Shown here in pieces: positions 61,701-64,000 of a stretch of DNA of 64,000 nt (its first letter is position 1; every line of letters begins with the position of its first letter). Source of the stretch: Blasia pusilla (taxonomy: Eukaryota); contig CM114271.1 in the NCBI GenBank assembly GCA_050084515.1, forward strand, positions 31,930,001 through 31,994,000, written 5' to 3'. Under the pieces are notes generated by a model. It was not told the DNA's origin. It worked only from the letters and a program-made list of their open reading frames with translations, and searched no databases. The position numbers and the translations under genes were made by a program.

Positions 61701-63097
61701 ATCCAAAGTCAGTAATTGAAAATGTTCTCAAGCCGACTTCTTTAGTTGCTGACATTGTTTCCAACGTGCTGATTTACAGATGGACCACTCCTACGTGTAC
61801 TGCTTCGTTCGGCCCGAGCACAATTTCCAGGTGTTCAAGATCCAGGATCCTGTGGATCCATGCTCAGATGGGTACAGCTTAGATAGTTTGTACAATTCCC
61901 CCCCGGGAATTTACATGCAAGACAGTACCCCACTTCTCGGAGGAAGGGAAAAGTCGCGAGCCCTGATGCAAACGCTCATCGAGCTCTGCTCAAGGGGGGT
62001 GACTTGGTGTTTGACTTAGTGGGACTTTCAGGGGCAAGTATCAAAGGCGCCTGGCAGAGTGGCAGGAACATTCTCTGCCTCGAGGGAAGGCAGGAACTAT
62101 TTGACCTTTGCAAGGAGGCAAAGGCAGAATACGAAAGGCTCGTTGGGGCGTACAACTCTCCACCGAAGCCGAGAGCTCCGGTTCCAGACCCACCCTTGGT
62201 AGTGACTCCATCGTCACTTCCAACGATTCCAAAAATCGGGAGGGCAAGGCCGAAAGTAATTTTGCAAGAGCTCTCAGACGATGACGAGTGAGTTCAAAGA
62301 ACTCAACGACCCAGCTTGACTGCAGCGTTTGGAGTAGGGAGTTTTTTGATGATGAGGCAAAAGATTTCATAGAATAGATCAAATGTACAGTTCCGAGCTT
62401 TTTTCAGATGATATAAAGCATAAGATTTTTTCGAACGATGGTGGTGCTTGTAAAAGTTTGCTAAACATTTTTTGTCTTTTCGAATGTGATCGTCTATGTA
62501 CTCCGCGGACTTCTATTTTGCAACCCGTCGGATTTCTCCTACTTGCAACTTTTCACTTTTTGACCACAACACCTTTTTACCACTTCCAGGCAACCTGTCG
62601 GATTCCGACAGGTTGCCTGATCGGACTCTTTCCCTGTTGGTCCAACTTAAGAGGCAGTCTGGCAGGCTTCTTCCCTTGGCACCTTCCCCACAACTCGTAA
62701 AGGCAGGCGTAGGCTTCTTTTCTTCTCTCAGACGTGTTGGATTCCTACTACCTGTGCGATTGCCATAATGGTATTACCGGGACGGAGCACATATTGATAC
62801 TGGATGGGTGTCACATTGCAGAGCGTACAAGGTATACTGCCGAGGAAGGCGGTGGGACTCAAATCAGGTTACATGGGACCGTTATGGTGTACCTAGTGGG
62901 GGGGGGGCCAAGGCTCTCGAATTTGCCAACTTTTTTCGATCCCCGTCTACAATCGGCCAGAGGAGCCACTTGTATCCCAGGACATTCCTTTGGTACTATC
63001 ACCGAGGAGAGTTAGGAGTAAATTTGTAGATGACGAGGCTGAAGAAATCCTAGACTAGGTCAAATGTACATTTCCGAGGTTCCTTCGGAGGAAATGA

Positions 63098-64000
63098 TAA
63101 ATGGTAAATGGTAAATAGATCAAGCCCGTGGGACCCAAAGGGTCAAAAGGCTGAAAAACACATTACAAGTCATTCATTGACTGACCCTGAAAAAGATCCT
63201 TAAGACCTTCTCCTAGCTACAGCCTAGAGCACTTGAGCGATGAATGATGACATCCCTAATATAACAACCTAAATCATAAGGCACTAGCTGTAGTAAAGAA
63301 TAGAAATTCTCCACATCTATTTTATGAGCTAGTCTTATTTCTCCATACCTTGGACATGTAACAAACACATGCTCTTCATCCTCAATATTTTCTCCGTCAC
63401 ATAACCTACAAATTCGTTCACTTCTATCAATTTTAAACCATCGTCCTTCCTCAATTCCTAGCCTATGAGACCCAGTTCTATGACGTGCGATAATATGTCG
63501 TAAGAACGTGGAGATCCCCGCAAGTAGGTATCCTTGTTCACAATATACAAGCATAGGATTAACATGAAGTTGATAAAACTCCATTTTGGTGCCCGGACTG
63601 CTCCAAATGATGTTGAGAGATTGCTTCTGTAGATGCTCACGGAGGGCCATCGGTTTCAAGTCCCAATCGCGTTCTGCGACATTCCACTTTGAAGACCAAG
63701 TCACCACATCCGCCATCCACCCTATGGAACGTGTGGCTTGCAAAGCTTGATGAGGGAGGCGAGAAACATCAAGAGATCTCACCCTTGCGAGGTAAGTGAT
63801 GGTCAAGTAAAGAGCTTCAGCTTCTAGAGGAAGAAAACCTGTTTCCGCAAGAAGAATAGCATACGGAGTTTGGTTTCTTACACCCAATTCTTCTTGTAGA
63901 AAGATCTTTTGCACTCTTTCCACGCGCTCTCAACCTGTCTTCTTACAACTAGGGCCCCAAACTTGGGTCCCATATAAGACCACCGGCAACACTAAGCTCC
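63098..64000 (-). mobile_element. LINE family A, copy A4 (3' end; continues beyond window)
   Basis: ORF 63213-63923 is nearly identical to the A2 ORF2 C-terminus. It has the same 3' UTR and (TTTACCA)n tail. Confidence 0.93.

Larger units (their letters stand above)
48973..62291 (+). pseudogene. ParB/Srx-like domain + beta-class N4/N6 DNA methyltransferase-like fusion; exons ~48973-50150, ~59176-61207, 61780-62291
   Basis: Exon 1 reads through stops to IPLCRL..FYV..HFFIWDGNHRFMTW, then a GTGAGT donor at 50151. Exon 2 (ORF 59228) ends VDLLITDLPSG..FADAYLSDRG with a GTAAGG donor at 61208. TTTACAG acceptor at 61779. Exon 3 reads REKSRALMQTLIELCSRG-GDLVFDLVGLSGASIKGAWQSGRNILCLE, with a -1 frameshift in a G run near 61995. 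Confidence 0.72.
38590..63097. mobile_element. Large Mutator-like DNA element carrying a transposase and a ParB-like/DNA-MTase-like gene; termini not resolved
   Basis: It begins where LINE C coding stops. It contains two divergent genes and shares one 27-bp palindrome throughout its non-coding DNA. No TIR pair is visible, and the right end is cut by LINE A4 or lies outside the window. Confidence 0.7.

Overview
Eukaryotic, repeat-dense DNA. The element families and TTTAGGG repeats suggest a non-seed land plant, but the species cannot be fixed from sequence. I found one intact host gene: a 4-exon CRIPT gene (24269-26149) with a pre-miRNA-like hairpin in intron 1. The rest is nested transposable elements. 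These are PHD-finger Ty3/gypsy remnants, a chromovirus whose 3' LTR is folded back into a 310-bp-arm palindrome yet has a perfect TSD, a degenerate CRE-like RLE retrotransposon, three families of APE-RT LINEs and a solo LTR. The most notable system spans about 38590-63100 and is a large decayed Mutator-like element. It has two divergent intron-containing genes. One is a GCM-type Zn-finger/DDE/SWIM transposase on the minus strand. The other is a plus-strand gene fusing a ParB/Srx-like (DGNHR) domain to a beta-class N4/N6 DNA-methyltransferase-like fold. Its introns, promoter region and flanks carry roughly 40 copies of a 27-bp palindrome (GCAACCCGTCGGAnTCCGACGGGTTGC). A second notable feature is a LINE family whose 5' end is a tandem array of 177-bp monomers (3 to about 16 copies), with an emerging 354-bp higher-order repeat. 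Domain calls rest on motif recognition by eye and need HMM or structure confirmation.
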